Shown here one piece after another: positions 50,526 to 62,117 of a DNA stretch of 64,000 nt; the first letter of the stretch is position 1; each line of letters begins with the position of its first letter. This DNA is from Cyanophora paradoxa CCMP329 (lineage: Eukaryota; Plantae; Glaucophyta). The stretch lies in the NCBI GenBank assembly GCA_004431415.1, contig QPMI01000499.1, forward strand, positions 62,001 through 126,000. The letters are read 5' to 3'. The notes below the pieces were generated by a model. The model did no database searches, was not told where the DNA came from, and worked only from the letters and a program-made list of their open reading frames with translations. A program made the position numbers and the translations under genes.

Positions 50526-51608
50526 ATGGCGCCCGCATCCGATATCTTCTTGGGAGGAAGCTGCAACCCCACGGTCGGTTTCGGAGCCGTTCCGAGTTCG
50601 ACGTCGGTACAGGCTGAGGCTTCCGGCAGACGTGGAGAAAGGACCTCGCGATCCCGGAGTTTCGTAAGGCTGGAATCACATTCTTCAATCCCCAGGCTAG
50701 CTCACCGGCCCCGCGTCGCTCGACAGCCTGAATACCGCCCGGCCTCACACCGTGGCACGTCCCTGGCTCGTCCCATCGCTTCGAACTCTAGGTTGACAAT
50801 TGGAGGTGTGCTCGCTGAGCCCCGGCCTGCCCGATCCCCCAACTGACATGAGCCGTCCCCAGCGAGGAGCTCGTGGCGCTGGAAGCGAAGGCGAAGAAAG
50901 AATGCGCATGCCTCTTCTTCGTCATCGATGTAAGTTAGGATGCGTTTGGGAGCGTTCGCTGGGCGCTTAGATCCCGATCGCAGCGTCAGTCCCGGTCCCT
51001 CTCGTCCATGTGCGAACCGCTTCGGCCCCCTTCGCGAGGCCTGTTCGCGACGCGAACGCCCCGCGCAGGGTGGAATGCGCTGAGTACATCGCCAAGGGGC
51101 GGAACATCGTGCTGGTCATCGAGCAGATGCCTGCCCAGATGTCGATCCGCGGCGTGCGCGTGAGCGACGAGGAGCTCAAGGACAACAACCGGTGCGTGCG
51201 AACGCAGCCTGAGCCCAGAGGCCGCGCCCGCCCGCCCGCCTGAGCGTAAAGCAGGGCGAGGGTGTACCTGAAGGACGTTGCGGAGCGGAACGGGGCGCCG
51301 GTGTTCGCGGACATCGGCGCGGGCCTGCGCTACGTCGTCGAGATGCACAGGCGCTGCGGCGGGCGCCTCCCCGCCGAGCGGCCCAGCTCCGCTGGCCTCC
51401 GCGCCCTCTCCTTCTTCTCAGTGCGCCGTACCCACCGCCCCCCCGGCCCGCCCCCGCCCAGCAACTTCGCTGTGCTGACGCCCCGGAGGGCAGTGCTTCT
51501 CCTGATCCGGCGGCGCGTGCCGCGCCGCGCGACGCGTCGACGTCGGGCGACTGGTACCACATCTTGGGCATCGACCGCCTCTTCGGCAACCCGCGGGCCG
51601 CGCGCTAG
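50526..51608 (+). CDS. Stand-alone Raw-type / nucleoside 2-deoxyribosyltransferase-like domain protein (8 exons)
   Basis: Splices to MAPASDIFLGGSCNPT|TWRKDLAIPEFRKAGITFFNPQ|VDNWS|EELVALEAKAKKECACLFFVID|RQSRSLSSM|VECAEYIAKGRNIVLVIEQ..ELKDNNR|ARVYLKDVAERNG. Confidence 0.88.
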
Positions 51609-51706
51609 GCGGCCGCCGCGTTTAAATTCCGCGCTTCGATTATGGTTAGACTCGTAGACTTATGCTAAGGTTAGATGAGATATTTCAATAAAGTGTGATC
51701 CAGCTG

Positions 51707-53172
51707 CTATCGCGGTCGGAGGGTGCTGAGGCCGCCGTCTGCGAAAGGGCGGCGTGAGCCTCGAAGCGACAGCGGCGATCAGCAGCCGCTAGCTCGGTGG
51801 GGCACAGCGCTAATGTAAGCTTAAGCCCCGCGCGCACCGACTGCCAGGACCTGGCCCGTGATCCATGAGTTCTCGGGGTCTGCATCCAGTCGTGAGTGGG
51901 GTACGATCAGGAAGAGGTTACTTGGGGGGGGGGGGGTTCAGAGAGGAAGGGGGTACGTGTACCGAGGAGGAACTCGATGGCGCGGGAGACGTCCCCGGGC
52001 TCGCCGATCCTGCCCAGGGCGTGCATCGCCTCCGAGGCCTGCCGGGGTACAAGATCGAAGAGAAGGGGGGGGGGGAAGGGCGGGGGGGTAGGGGCACCTT
52101 GAGGCCGGCCTCGCTGCCCGTGATGCGAGCGGTGAGGGGCGTGCGGGTCAGGCCGGGGGCCACGCCTGCGCGGCTCTCATGCGCAGCGCGCGGGGCGAGG
52201 GTCGGGATACGGGGCGCGCGGGGCGGACAGTTCACGCGGATGTTCTGCTTGGCGTACGATGCGGCGGCGCTGAGGGCGAGGCCGACGACGCCCGCCTGTC
52301 GTTTGTTTCATTCGTGGCTAGTGAGATGGGTTGCATTAGAATCGATCACCTTGCTCGCGGCGATGGCCTCGTGGTTTGCGGCGCCGTAGCGCGCGACGGC
52401 CGACGAGCAGAGGACGATGGAGCCGCCGCCGCTCTTCATCATCGCGGCGCACGAGGCTCGCACGAGCGCGAAGGAGGAGAAGAGGTTCGTGGCAACCGTC
52501 TGATGCATCTCCGCGTCCGTCGTCAGGTGCGCCGGCTGCGGCGCGCGCAGTGCTAGTCAGACTTCGGAATCATTGAAGAGAAGCTTGGAGGTGCTACGAA
52601 GCGTGCGCGCCTTCAAAAGGATGCTTCCGACGCACGAAGCGGCCGCGTCGACCTTGCCAAACGCCTCGGTCGCCTTGTTTACGACCGCATTGACGTGGTC
52701 TGCGGCCGCGTGGACTCAGCTGCATGCGATGGCCGTGCGCGCGCACGCATTCACGGGCACCGCTCGAGGTCGCATCGCCTGGCAGCACGTGGATCGCCGA
52801 CGCGCCAGCGGCCTTCAGGGAAGAAGCGAGTGCGTCGAGCTTTGCGGGGTCCCTGGCCGACACGACTGCGAGAGGAGATCGCGGCGAGCCCATGATCAGC
52901 TGTGAGCTAGAGCTCAGCTCACGGGCGAGCCCACGGCTCCGCGGCTGCAAGCTGAGCCCACGAGCGCGCGAGCACGTGCACGTGCACCGCGGCGGCTAGC
53001 GCTGGCGCGCCACCCGCGACCGCTTCCGGCTCTATTGCAAGGCAAAATGTAGACGAGCCAGTGCGCTTTCGGTGCGCGGCGGACCTAGATTCCAATTCCG
53101 ACGTGCGAGGCGCTGGCACAGGTCGCTGCCGATGCCGCCCGTCGCACCGAGCACCAGCGCGGTTGGAGGCAT
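51707..53172 (-). CDS. Short-chain dehydrogenase/reductase (atypical catalytic motif)
   Basis: LVLGATGGIG, SCVGSILLK|PAH, VLCSSAVA..NHEAIAASK|AGVVGL, IRVNC|VAPGLTRTP, WITGQVLAV. Confidence 0.9.
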
Positions 53173-53198
53173 GCTGCTTGATCTACTAGAAGAGATGC

Positions 53199-53210
53199 TT
53201 TATATATAAA
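53199..53210 (-). promoter_or_regulatory. TATA-like box upstream of the SDR gene
   Basis: TTTATATATAAA ~27 nt upstream of ATG 53172 in a GC-rich context. Confidence 0.45.
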
Positions 53211-53850
53211 TGCCGACGCCTGAGCTGCTGTGGCCGCGCCAGCGCTGCTAAGAATGCCGTACCCACGGTTTCGACGCAGCGGATTCCGGGTCGACTCGCA
53301 AAAATTGTTGCAATTGCATGCGCGCAAGCGCTAGCTTTCTGCATGAGGCTTGTCATTTCCAAAAGTCGTAACAAAAGAGCATAAAGAATCCATGATAATT
53401 CCATAGTATACATGTCTTCACAACTGGGTGGATGCTTTCTGTCCTGCGCTACGCCTAGGGTTGGTGCATCCAGAATCACTGCTGCATAAAAGCAGCGTGC
53501 AGCCTCATGGGGCTTAATTGAAATGACATCCACACACCGCCAGAGGACTTGGACAAAGCCAAAACAATAGGACTGATGGCAGATCCAGATAAAGCGGAGG
53601 GGTGACGAAGACAGATGGCCGATATCGATGACGACTGATGGCTGGGCGGCAGCTGTTGTTGGGGCGACGTGTCACGGAGAGAAGTGACACATCAGCGAAA
53701 GGAGGCAGAGAGCAATGCAAGGAAGGATACATCCAGGAGTCGATGATGAAGCTTGCAGGCCAGAAGGCTTATAAGCAATCAAGTGTTCTCCATTCGTATG
53801 CCATGATTACGCAAGGATTCAGAATGCCGAGAATGGATGCAAGCCTCATC

Positions 53851-54478
53851 TTAGATATCCTTATAGATTAAGTTGTACTTGGGGACATGCCGACTGTCGA
53901 TGGGGGAGGTCACAATTTGCTGAGCGGGGCGGGGAGTCAGCGTAGAGTTCGGCAACTTCTAAGCTGCACAGATGATTGCTCTCTCGGACCTTATTGTGGA
54001 TTCCGCCCCTGTAAATAACTTCCACGAGGTCGATGAAGTCCTGCTTCTCAAAGAAGGCGCCAATCCACTTCGTGTGGTCCTGCGTGCTGCGAAACTCTCG
54101 GTACATGCACCATGCGACTGCGCATACACGAGCGGCGAACCCGTAATCAACTTTCATGTGCTGCGCGTTCCAGAAGAAGACGGTCGCAGGCACGATCGTG
54201 ATGTCGAAGTACTTGGTGTACACGGGCTGCTCGTCCACGTCGGCGAGGTAGATCACGGCCATGTTCGCAAGATCGTTCTGCGTCTTTGCGAGCTGCGCGA
54301 CGCGTGAGCTGCCCGCCAGCAGACGCGGGGCGCCGGCGCCACGTACGATCTCATCGTGCTGCATGCACACGAGGTCCGACGCGCGCCCGAAGCGGAGAAC
54401 GACCACTTTGTCGCGCGTATTGCGGATCACGTTGTCGACCTCCTTCTTCGTCCGCAGGTGCGGGAGCAGGTATGCCAT
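53851..54478 (-). CDS. TXNL4B: Thioredoxin-like spliceosomal protein 4B (Dim2)
   Basis: MAYLLPHL..KEVD..IR..DKVVVLRFGR, YFDIT.VPATVFFWNAQHMKVDYG|TQDHTKWIGAF..KQDFIDLVEVIYRG, PKYNLIYKDI*. The MKVDYG/DHTK signature fits Dim2 rather than Dim1. Confidence 0.92.
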
Positions 54479-54659
54479 CAAATTTGGCGCTCGCCGGCCT
54501 CCGCGCCGCTCAGTTACTCAGCTGCCCACCTATACGCGCGCCGCTTGCTGCTGTTTAGAGCTGCAGCGCGACTGAATTCGCTGCCCTGAGCCCGGTGAGC
54601 CCGGCTGAGCCCGGTGAGCCGCTTGCTCCGGGTACTGCAGCTCAAGGCTTAGCTGGTCG

Positions 54660-55603
54660 ATGTTCACAGCTGTCGCTGTCGCCCACAGGCCGCCCGCCAG
54701 CGCTCTCGCAGCTGCAAGTTCGAAGTACGCGTGCAGCCCGGTCCCACGCCAGACCCGTCCCGTCGATTTCGTCCCCCGGCGTGCCGGCGCTCGTTTCAGC
54801 CTCGCGCGCGCCTCAACGTCGAGCGTGATGGCTTCTGCAGGCTCAGATACCAAGGTGCGCGCGCACATACTCGTGCGCAGAGCGCAGCTCACGCCTGTCA
54901 GCCGGCGAAGCCGTACCGCCAGTGCGCCGGTGCAGTGCTCTTCAACTCAAGCGGACAGCTGCTTGCCGGCGAGCGCTTCGTCATCCCCAATACGAACCAG
55001 AAGCCCGATAGCGTACGCCCTGCCCCTCCGACGTACATCCTGCCCCTCCCAGCTAACGCTCGAACCGACGCGCAGTGGCAGTTCCCTCAGGGCGGGGGTT
55101 TGCTTTGGCATCCGCGTGCCCCACTGACGACTTGTCCTTGATGTCCTCGCAGTTGATCCCGGCGAGGACCCTGAGGCGGCTGCGGCGCGGGAAGCTGTGG
55201 AAGAACTGGGCATATTACCCTCGAGTCTCACCCGCATCGCGGCTCTCAACCGCCCCATTCGCTACGAATTCGATCCTGCGTTCGAGTCGCCGATCACGCG
55301 CAAGTTTTGCGGCCAAGAGCTCACGTGGGTCCTGTTTCAATGGGACGGGAAGGTTGAGGAATGCGATCTCAACGCCCATATCGAGCCGTCCGATCATGGT
55401 GGCTGGCCGGAGTTCGCCCAGGTTCGCTTCGTGGACTGGCCGTTTGTGTTGTCTAAGGTGAGCAGCTGGCTGCACCAAGATCTTGTTCCCCTCTCGTTCG
55501 TTCAGTCTGCCTGCAGATTTCGCCAATGAAGCGAGCAATGTACGAGCAGCTCCGCACCGAGTTCGAGCCTATCATAGCAGCTCGAACATTGAAGAATAAG
55601 TGA
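54660..55603 (+). CDS. RppH/Ap4A-hydrolase-like Nudix hydrolase with N-terminal organellar targeting extension
   Basis: YRQCAGAVLFN, WQFPQGG|VDPGEDPEAAAAREAVEELGI (Nudix box), GQELTW, PEF, MKRAMYEQ; Ser/Ala/Arg-rich N-terminus starting MF. Confidence 0.9.
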
Positions 55604-55714
55604 ATATTGTTTACCACCTAAAAATACTTCTCCTGAAAGAACAATACGTAACAAAGACTGACTGAAAATAAGCAACTAGCTCATCAACTCCTCCACTAGC
55701 CTGACCTTCCCCTC

Positions 55715-58700
55715 CTATGGGACTAATGTCACGGTCTGCTGCATCTCACGATGGCTGTTCAACGCTGCGGGAAGATCTGTTGTGTCCATCATAGTAGTGG
55801 CCACACTATCGGTAATTCTTAGGCGTTGGTGAGGCACCGGGGGAAGCCTGCACACAGGTGTCAAGGGGGGAAACTCGAGAAAATGCATAAAACGACAGAC
55901 TGACCTGCGTGGCTTGCCATTGACCTCCGCGAATTGCTGCCCGTTCATGGATGTGTTCATGGAGTGGGTAGCTGACGTGAGCTTCTTCTCGAGGGCCCCG
56001 ATCTGGAAGTTGAGCTTGCCCAGGATCTGCTGCACGTCCTTGGCGATGGTTTTTTGGTACTCATCAGCGATTGCGGTCTGAATCATGCCCATGAAGACCG
56101 ATGGCATGGGCAACTGGAACTGATGGGCACTCCCGTTTCCGGCCACCCCAGCATTGTATGTAATATTGCTCTCTGGCTTCCTGGATCGCTCCTCGTCCCG
56201 CCGCCTTGCTGCCGCCTCCAAGAGAGATTGCTTCTTTGCCCTCCGTTCTTCAACCGCCTTCTTCTGCTTTTTCGCGCGAATCTCTGCAGCAGTGTCGACC
56301 TCGTACTGCCGGGAGGTAGATCGGCCCAAATACATCGCAACAAAAAGAACACAGAACGCACAGTCATCAGGTACTTGTGCCCGTTGGGACGAACAAGGAC
56401 ATCATCGTATTGCTTGAACTCGAACCACTGTTTGCAGGGCCCACATGCGAAGAACGGGCCAAGCCACTTCCTGAACCACTTGCGATTGCGATCAAGTTGC
56501 AGGATAATGTCGGCCCACTGGCGACGCCATTCCTTCTCTGTTCGACGTGTAAGTCACACGGCCTCAAAGGAGGAGCAAGCAGCACACACCAGCATCCTTG
56601 GCAGTCTGCTTGAATGTCCGAGCCATCATAGCAATGAGAAGGTTGATGAGCACAATCTGCATGAACACTGCATAGATCTGCCCAAAAGTGGCCGCCATTC
56701 CTGCAAGCGTGTCCATCGCAGTTCCTGGAGGAAATTCTCGAACGTAGATTGACGTGTCTGTTGGAAGGACACGTGAGTATGCAGGCCAAGCTAGCATGGC
56801 GGAAAGTAGGCAGGTACCATAATTTCCAAGCATGAGGGAGATCAGAGTAAAAACCGTGTGGCCGATGTCTGAGTAATCCTCCACTCCAGTGCCTCGGAAG
56901 AGAATGTAGAACGCTGAACAAAGAGTTTCTTAGTGTGACAAGAGACAGACATCAAAGGAACAAACCTTGCGAGAAGCCCATGACGAGGATAAGCCAGATC
57001 AACAGGAAACGAAGCACATCACCAATAACCTGCCTTTAGTGAGGATACCCTCAGATCATACGCTCAAAACGTCCACCCACCATCTGATACAGAGTGACAG
57101 CATAGGGCCCAACAATCTTGAAGCCACGTGCGAAGTATAAAAGGTAGATGCACCTGCAAAAACGGGGGTTACATTGTACAGAATTGAACTAAGCAGGAGC
57201 AAACCCACCAGAAAATGCCTGCTGTTGCTGTCACCGCAGCTGAACTGGCTGGATGGACGACGTTTCTGCTCAGAGGATAGATGCACACAGAGAGAGACGA
57301 TGCCGCCAGGACAGTCAGGTGCGCCATCTTTTTGGAGCCTCTCAAATAGTCCTTTGGTTCTCGAACGAACGACGTGCTCTCGAAAAACAGATGAAGCGCT
57401 GCAAAGGAAACGAAGTGAATGTCCTGGAGGAGGCTACAAAACAAGAATCATACCTGCTCCAATCAGGACAATCACATCACATATCTCGCGTGCTATGTCA
57501 TGTGCTCGCTCATGCGAATCATACGTTGCTGAGCGTTGATATATCAGATCAGGAAGAAATCGGGAGCACATCATCCACTTACTCTCGTAATCTCTCAGGT
57601 AGACAGCAGCCAAGAAGATACCCACATATATGATCTCCGTGCAAGCCCACAGATAGAAATTGCGCTTGGCGAACTGCTTCCACTTGTTGTCCAGAATCGC
57701 AATGAAGATAGAGGATGTGAGGAAGTTCAGTCGTTTGTACCTCACCCCCACTGTGAGTGCATCTTGCTCCTGTAAGCCGAGATTAGACAGAAAGAAAATC
57801 CAAGAATCCGGTGAAAAGAGCTTCACCCCATGGTCGGGGTTGTCGAGTTCATCAAGCGGATACAGCACACAGCGAACCGGGCCGTAGGCCCAATTCAGTT
57901 CCTTTCGAAGCTCCAGCATAAAATCGAACCTGCACAAACAGTGAGAGGTCGAAGCACGCGATCCGCTCAGTCAACTCACATATCCTTTTTGTCCAGTTTG
58001 ACAGAGAGGAGGAGTGGTGTTAGACCATCGTTGTTCTTCACATATGTTTCCGCCTTCTTGACATCTTTGACCAAGTACTCGTACAGCTCTTTTTGATCGT
58101 GCATCTTTTTTAAAGAAACAATTCAGCATTGTTACTGCAATGATGCCAGGCTCCGCCAGCAACGACGCACCACACACATATGAAGACACGTGTTGCCCCA
58201 GTGATCAGTATCATTAGGGTCGGCACCTTTCTCGATCAGATACTCTGAAGTTCAAAAGGAAGGTACAGGTCAGCAGTTATCTCGACCTGCAAAGCAGGGA
58301 CTGCGAACCAACAATCTGCCGCTGACCCGTGGAGACGGCAAACTGCTACGCGTAAGTGCAAGACAATAGACACTATGTGCAAATGGATGCGCACTGCCAA
58401 CACAGTTCCGCCGAAGTGACCCCGATCGCCGGGCGAGAAGAAGCTCCCTGTGCACTTGGGCGTCTTGAAATCCCCGTTGAAAACCTCGACGATCTTCTTG
58501 AAGGGTTCTACGTGGCCGTAAACCGCACACATGTGAAGAATATGCTCCCCCCTGTACAGGTCGCTTTCGTAAAGTGCATTGATTAGCTCCTGTTGGACAG
58601 AGAGCAGAGTGAGCACGGGCAAGATGCAGGGCGAGGACAACCAACAAACCGGATAGTGTTGCATCAAGTACTCGGCACACAGCCAGTGGCCCTCGCCCGA

Positions 58701-59121
58701 GTAGAACAGGAAGCAGACGTGCAGAGGGGTTTCCCCCACAGGCCCCCGCTCCTTGCCCTGAAACACCTTCAACAGTTCGGGGTCATCTGCCGCCGTGTTG
58801 GCGACGGCCTCCAGGTCTGCCAAATTGCCCTCCTTGCAGGCCTTCCAAACGCCCGACTCAAAGTTCTTTGCCTGCTTCACGACCTGCGCGAGAGGCGCGT
58901 CAAGATATGCGAGGGCAGACGCGCACGCAACGTACCTCTGTTTCGGCGTGCAGCTGCCTGGTGCCCGACCGCTGCATTTTCCGCATCTTGCGAGCGGTCG
59001 AGTTGGCGTTTGGCAAAGGGACCTCGGGTGCTGTTTTGCCATCCTTCCAAGCAAGCGCGCTTGTAACAGCCTCCGCCGCGTGCTTGAACTTGTGCTTCAG
59101 CATAGTCTGTGCGATAGACAT
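55715..59121 (-). CDS. TRPV-like ankyrin-repeat cation channel (multi-exon)
   Basis: RGPVGETPLH, YRGEHILH, TGSFF, WGNTCLH, NNDGLTPL, WAYGPVRCVLYPLDELD, LDNKWKQF, GDVLRFLLIW, LINLLIAMMARTF and a TRP box EEWRRQWADIIL. Confidence 0.9.
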
Positions 59122-59526
59122 TGCTGCCAACGCGTACCGGCCGCCAACGCGAACCGGCCACGCAGCTTCCCTGCGCTGAGCTAAGCTGACCGCGGCCTGC
59201 CCGCCGCTCTCGCTCCCTAGCTAAGCTCCTATGCAGAAGCTGTGCTGTGCGCTGCGCGTTGATTGGCCTCCGGTTCCCTCGCCCCCACAACGCAAGCCAG
59301 CTGTAGAGAATAAGAATTCCGCAATGCTGCCTTGCTGAAAAGTTGAACTGCTAGAGGATCCCTTGCCAGGAACAAAGACCGCCGCCGTCGACCGATCAGC
59401 AGCTGTTCTTGTCCGCTAGACCCTGTGCGCTGATCAGGGGCTACTGTCCAAGAAACACTCAAAGCGCGCAGCAAGCGCTGTCAACGCCCGGAAGCGTCTT
59501 TGCGGGGGTACAAGCGACTTTGACCG

Positions 59527-60901
59527 ATGCTTGGCTTCGTGTTCCCCGCGCCCGCGGGCGGCGCGCGGCCGCGGAGAGTCGGCAGAGTTAGCACAAATCA
59601 GCTCTGCGCGGCTTCGGGCCGCGCCCTCGTCTTGAGGAGTCGGCACTTCAGGGTCGGCCCGCTGGAGCGGCAGTTGATCCCGCGCCGTGTGACGTTCCAC
59701 GTTCGCGGCCACGGCGACACAGATCTCACAGCAGCCACCCCTGCAAGGCCTGTTGAGCTGGCGGGCGGCGCGTCCACAAGCGCTGCGAACACACCGTCCC
59801 TGCGAACGCTCTCTGGCTCGGCGGCACGCTTTTTGGGACGTGCACTCATCGCGTACGCGGCCGTCACGGCGATCAACGCAGGCCTGGGTCGGCCGGCCGT
59901 GGCTCTCTCTACAGCGGCGTCGGGTGGCCGGCCTGTCGCTTTTGTTAAGCAGGTCGGCTGGCTCAGCGCGCCTGCTATCCAATCGTCCGCGCTTACTCTG
60001 AGCGCCCAGATGCTCCACGTCCTGATCAATTTTGACGAGCACCTTGCCGTCATCTTGGCGCAGCATGGACGCCTTACATACGCGTTCCTGTTTGCAATTG
60101 TGTTCTGTGAGACGGGGCTCGTGGTAACTCCGTTCCTGCCCGGCGATTCATTGTGCGAATCTATCTCGCTCTCTCTTCACAAACTGCACGTGCAATTTCG
60201 CTCACAAACAACTTTCCGTAACAGGCTTTTTGTCGCTGGCGCATTCGCAAGCTCAGGAGGCCTCAAGCTACAGGTCATATTAGCGCTTCTGTTCATTGCT
60301 GCTGTATTGGGAGACTCCGTGAGCACCTCGCTGAAGCCCTCGCACCTCAACCAACCCACCAGTCATAATGTGTTTTATTTTGCAGGTAAACTACTTCATG
60401 GGCTCTTATTTCGGCGTGAAGCTCTTCCAGAACAAGTTGGTCAAGAAAATTCTCAGTGAGGACCAGCTGCGTCAGACGGAGAAGTTCTATGAGAAGCATG
60501 GGAAGCGAGCCGTTGTGCTGGCTCGCTTCCTCCCCATTATCCGCACCATCGCACCATTTGTAGCGGGCATCGGGTCCATGGACTTTCCACAGGTGCAACC
60601 ACTATGCACAAGGCCGTTCATGTTTCTGGCCCCCTGACACTGATCGGCAGTTCATGATCTACAATGTTGTGGGTGCAATATTGTGGGTTTTCGGCTTCTG
60701 CGGGCTCGGATACTTCTTTGGAAATCTCCCATGGGTTCATCAGCACTTCACAGCAGTAATTCTCGGGATTGTTGTGCTCTCTGTCATTCCCCCGTGCGTT
60801 CTCCACCCAGGTCGATGCAAAGCCTCAACTAATCTGTGACGCGCAGGGTGCTAGAAATCATGCATGCACGGAGAAGTAAGCACTCGAAGCAACAAGAGTA
60901 G
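59527..60901 (+). CDS. dedA: Bacterial-type DedA family membrane protein with long N-terminal transit-peptide-like extension
   Basis: LFAIVFCETGLVVTPFLPGDSL|LFVAGA, AAVLGDS|VNY, FYEKHGKRAVVLARFLPIIRTIAPFVAG, YNVVGAILW. Confidence 0.92.
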
Positions 60902-61158
60902 CAGCATTTACGACATGCATTTATCTAGCTGACGTGGTGTACTAGTCCATGTAGTTTAACCAGGAAGCCCAGGGCCTGTGAGCGCTTGCCATGCTGGGGT
61001 CTTCAGGCTTCTAGCTATCATATACTCACCCCGTGCAGTTAATTTAAGCACATCGCCAAGGAATTATGATGTGCATCATGCATCCCTGGAGTTGGATTCA
61101 GGCCCTGAGGTGGAGACACCGTGCTCGTCATCGAAAAAAGACACTGCTAATCAATGAA

Positions 61159-62068
61159 CTAGCTGCTAGCTGCTGGCGCCGCTTGCCTTCTCCTCTTAAC
61201 ATCATGGTTGAATACACGAGCAATGTCTGCAAAAAGGGAGTGTTCAGTCAAGGAAGGGGCGAACTCGTAAGGCAGAAAGCAATGCAGCAGAGAGCAAGCG
61301 AGCGAGCACGCGGCCATCAGGTGTAAGGATACTGACTTCAGTGATGACAGCCTGGTCCCGAAGGAAATACAGGTCATTGTCGAGCGTCTCCATGTTCTGT
61401 GTTGCTGCGGCGAGCTGCATACCACAAATTAGCACGTTAGCTATGGATGATGCCTGGATTGCGGCTCACGTTCTTCGTCAGGAGCGCAATCGCCTCGTCG
61501 CACGTGTACTCCAGCATGACATTGGCCTGCGCAGGCTAGTGAGCCGCGCGCGTGTGATCAATCTAGCCAGTGACCGCGCACCCCAAGCCAGAGGCAGACA
61601 GAGTTCGGATTCGTAATCTTAGCGTTGGCCTGCACGTTATCCGCAAGTTCGAACCATGTGCTGACCTCCTCGCCCGCATCCTGCCGGGCGAATGGGTCTC
61701 GCGCCGAGCGCAGCCGTGCGGGCCGGCGCACATGCTGCGTCTTGAGGTGCTTGACCATCTCTAGCGTCTTCTCAATATCCGGGATCTTGCCCTTGAGGGC
61801 CGCCTTCTGCTTCATTAGCTGCACCTCCATGTACTTGTACTTGCTACGGCCACCTCAGCGCTGAGCGGGCGCACGTCGCGCGAGCGCACCTGTGATCCTC
61901 CTGCAGCTTCTTCAGCACCGAATCCACGTCTGTGACATCCTTCAGGAAGTCGTCAAGGTCCTCCTGAGCGACGGCGTGAGAATGGCGCGGTGCGGACGAC
62001 TGCGGCGGGATGCGAACAATGAACTGCGCCGGCGGGAACTTCGGCTTGTCGTCTATTTCGTCTGTCAT
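61159..62068 (-). CDS. VBP1: Prefoldin subunit 3
   Basis: PPAQFI|EDLDDFL, KYKYME, KIPDIEKTLEMV, FELAD, VCLWLG|ANVMLEY, FLRDQ..TE, IARVFNHDVKRRR. Confidence 0.95.
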
Positions 62069-62117
62069 CGCGCGGCGCTTGTCCCTCACTGGGTAGACCC
62101 CACTTCGTTCGCAACCC

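Noticed and set aside
53186-53850. Extra small gene between SDR and TXNL4B
   Set aside because: Short ORFs with no recognisable motif; more likely 3' UTR/promoter.
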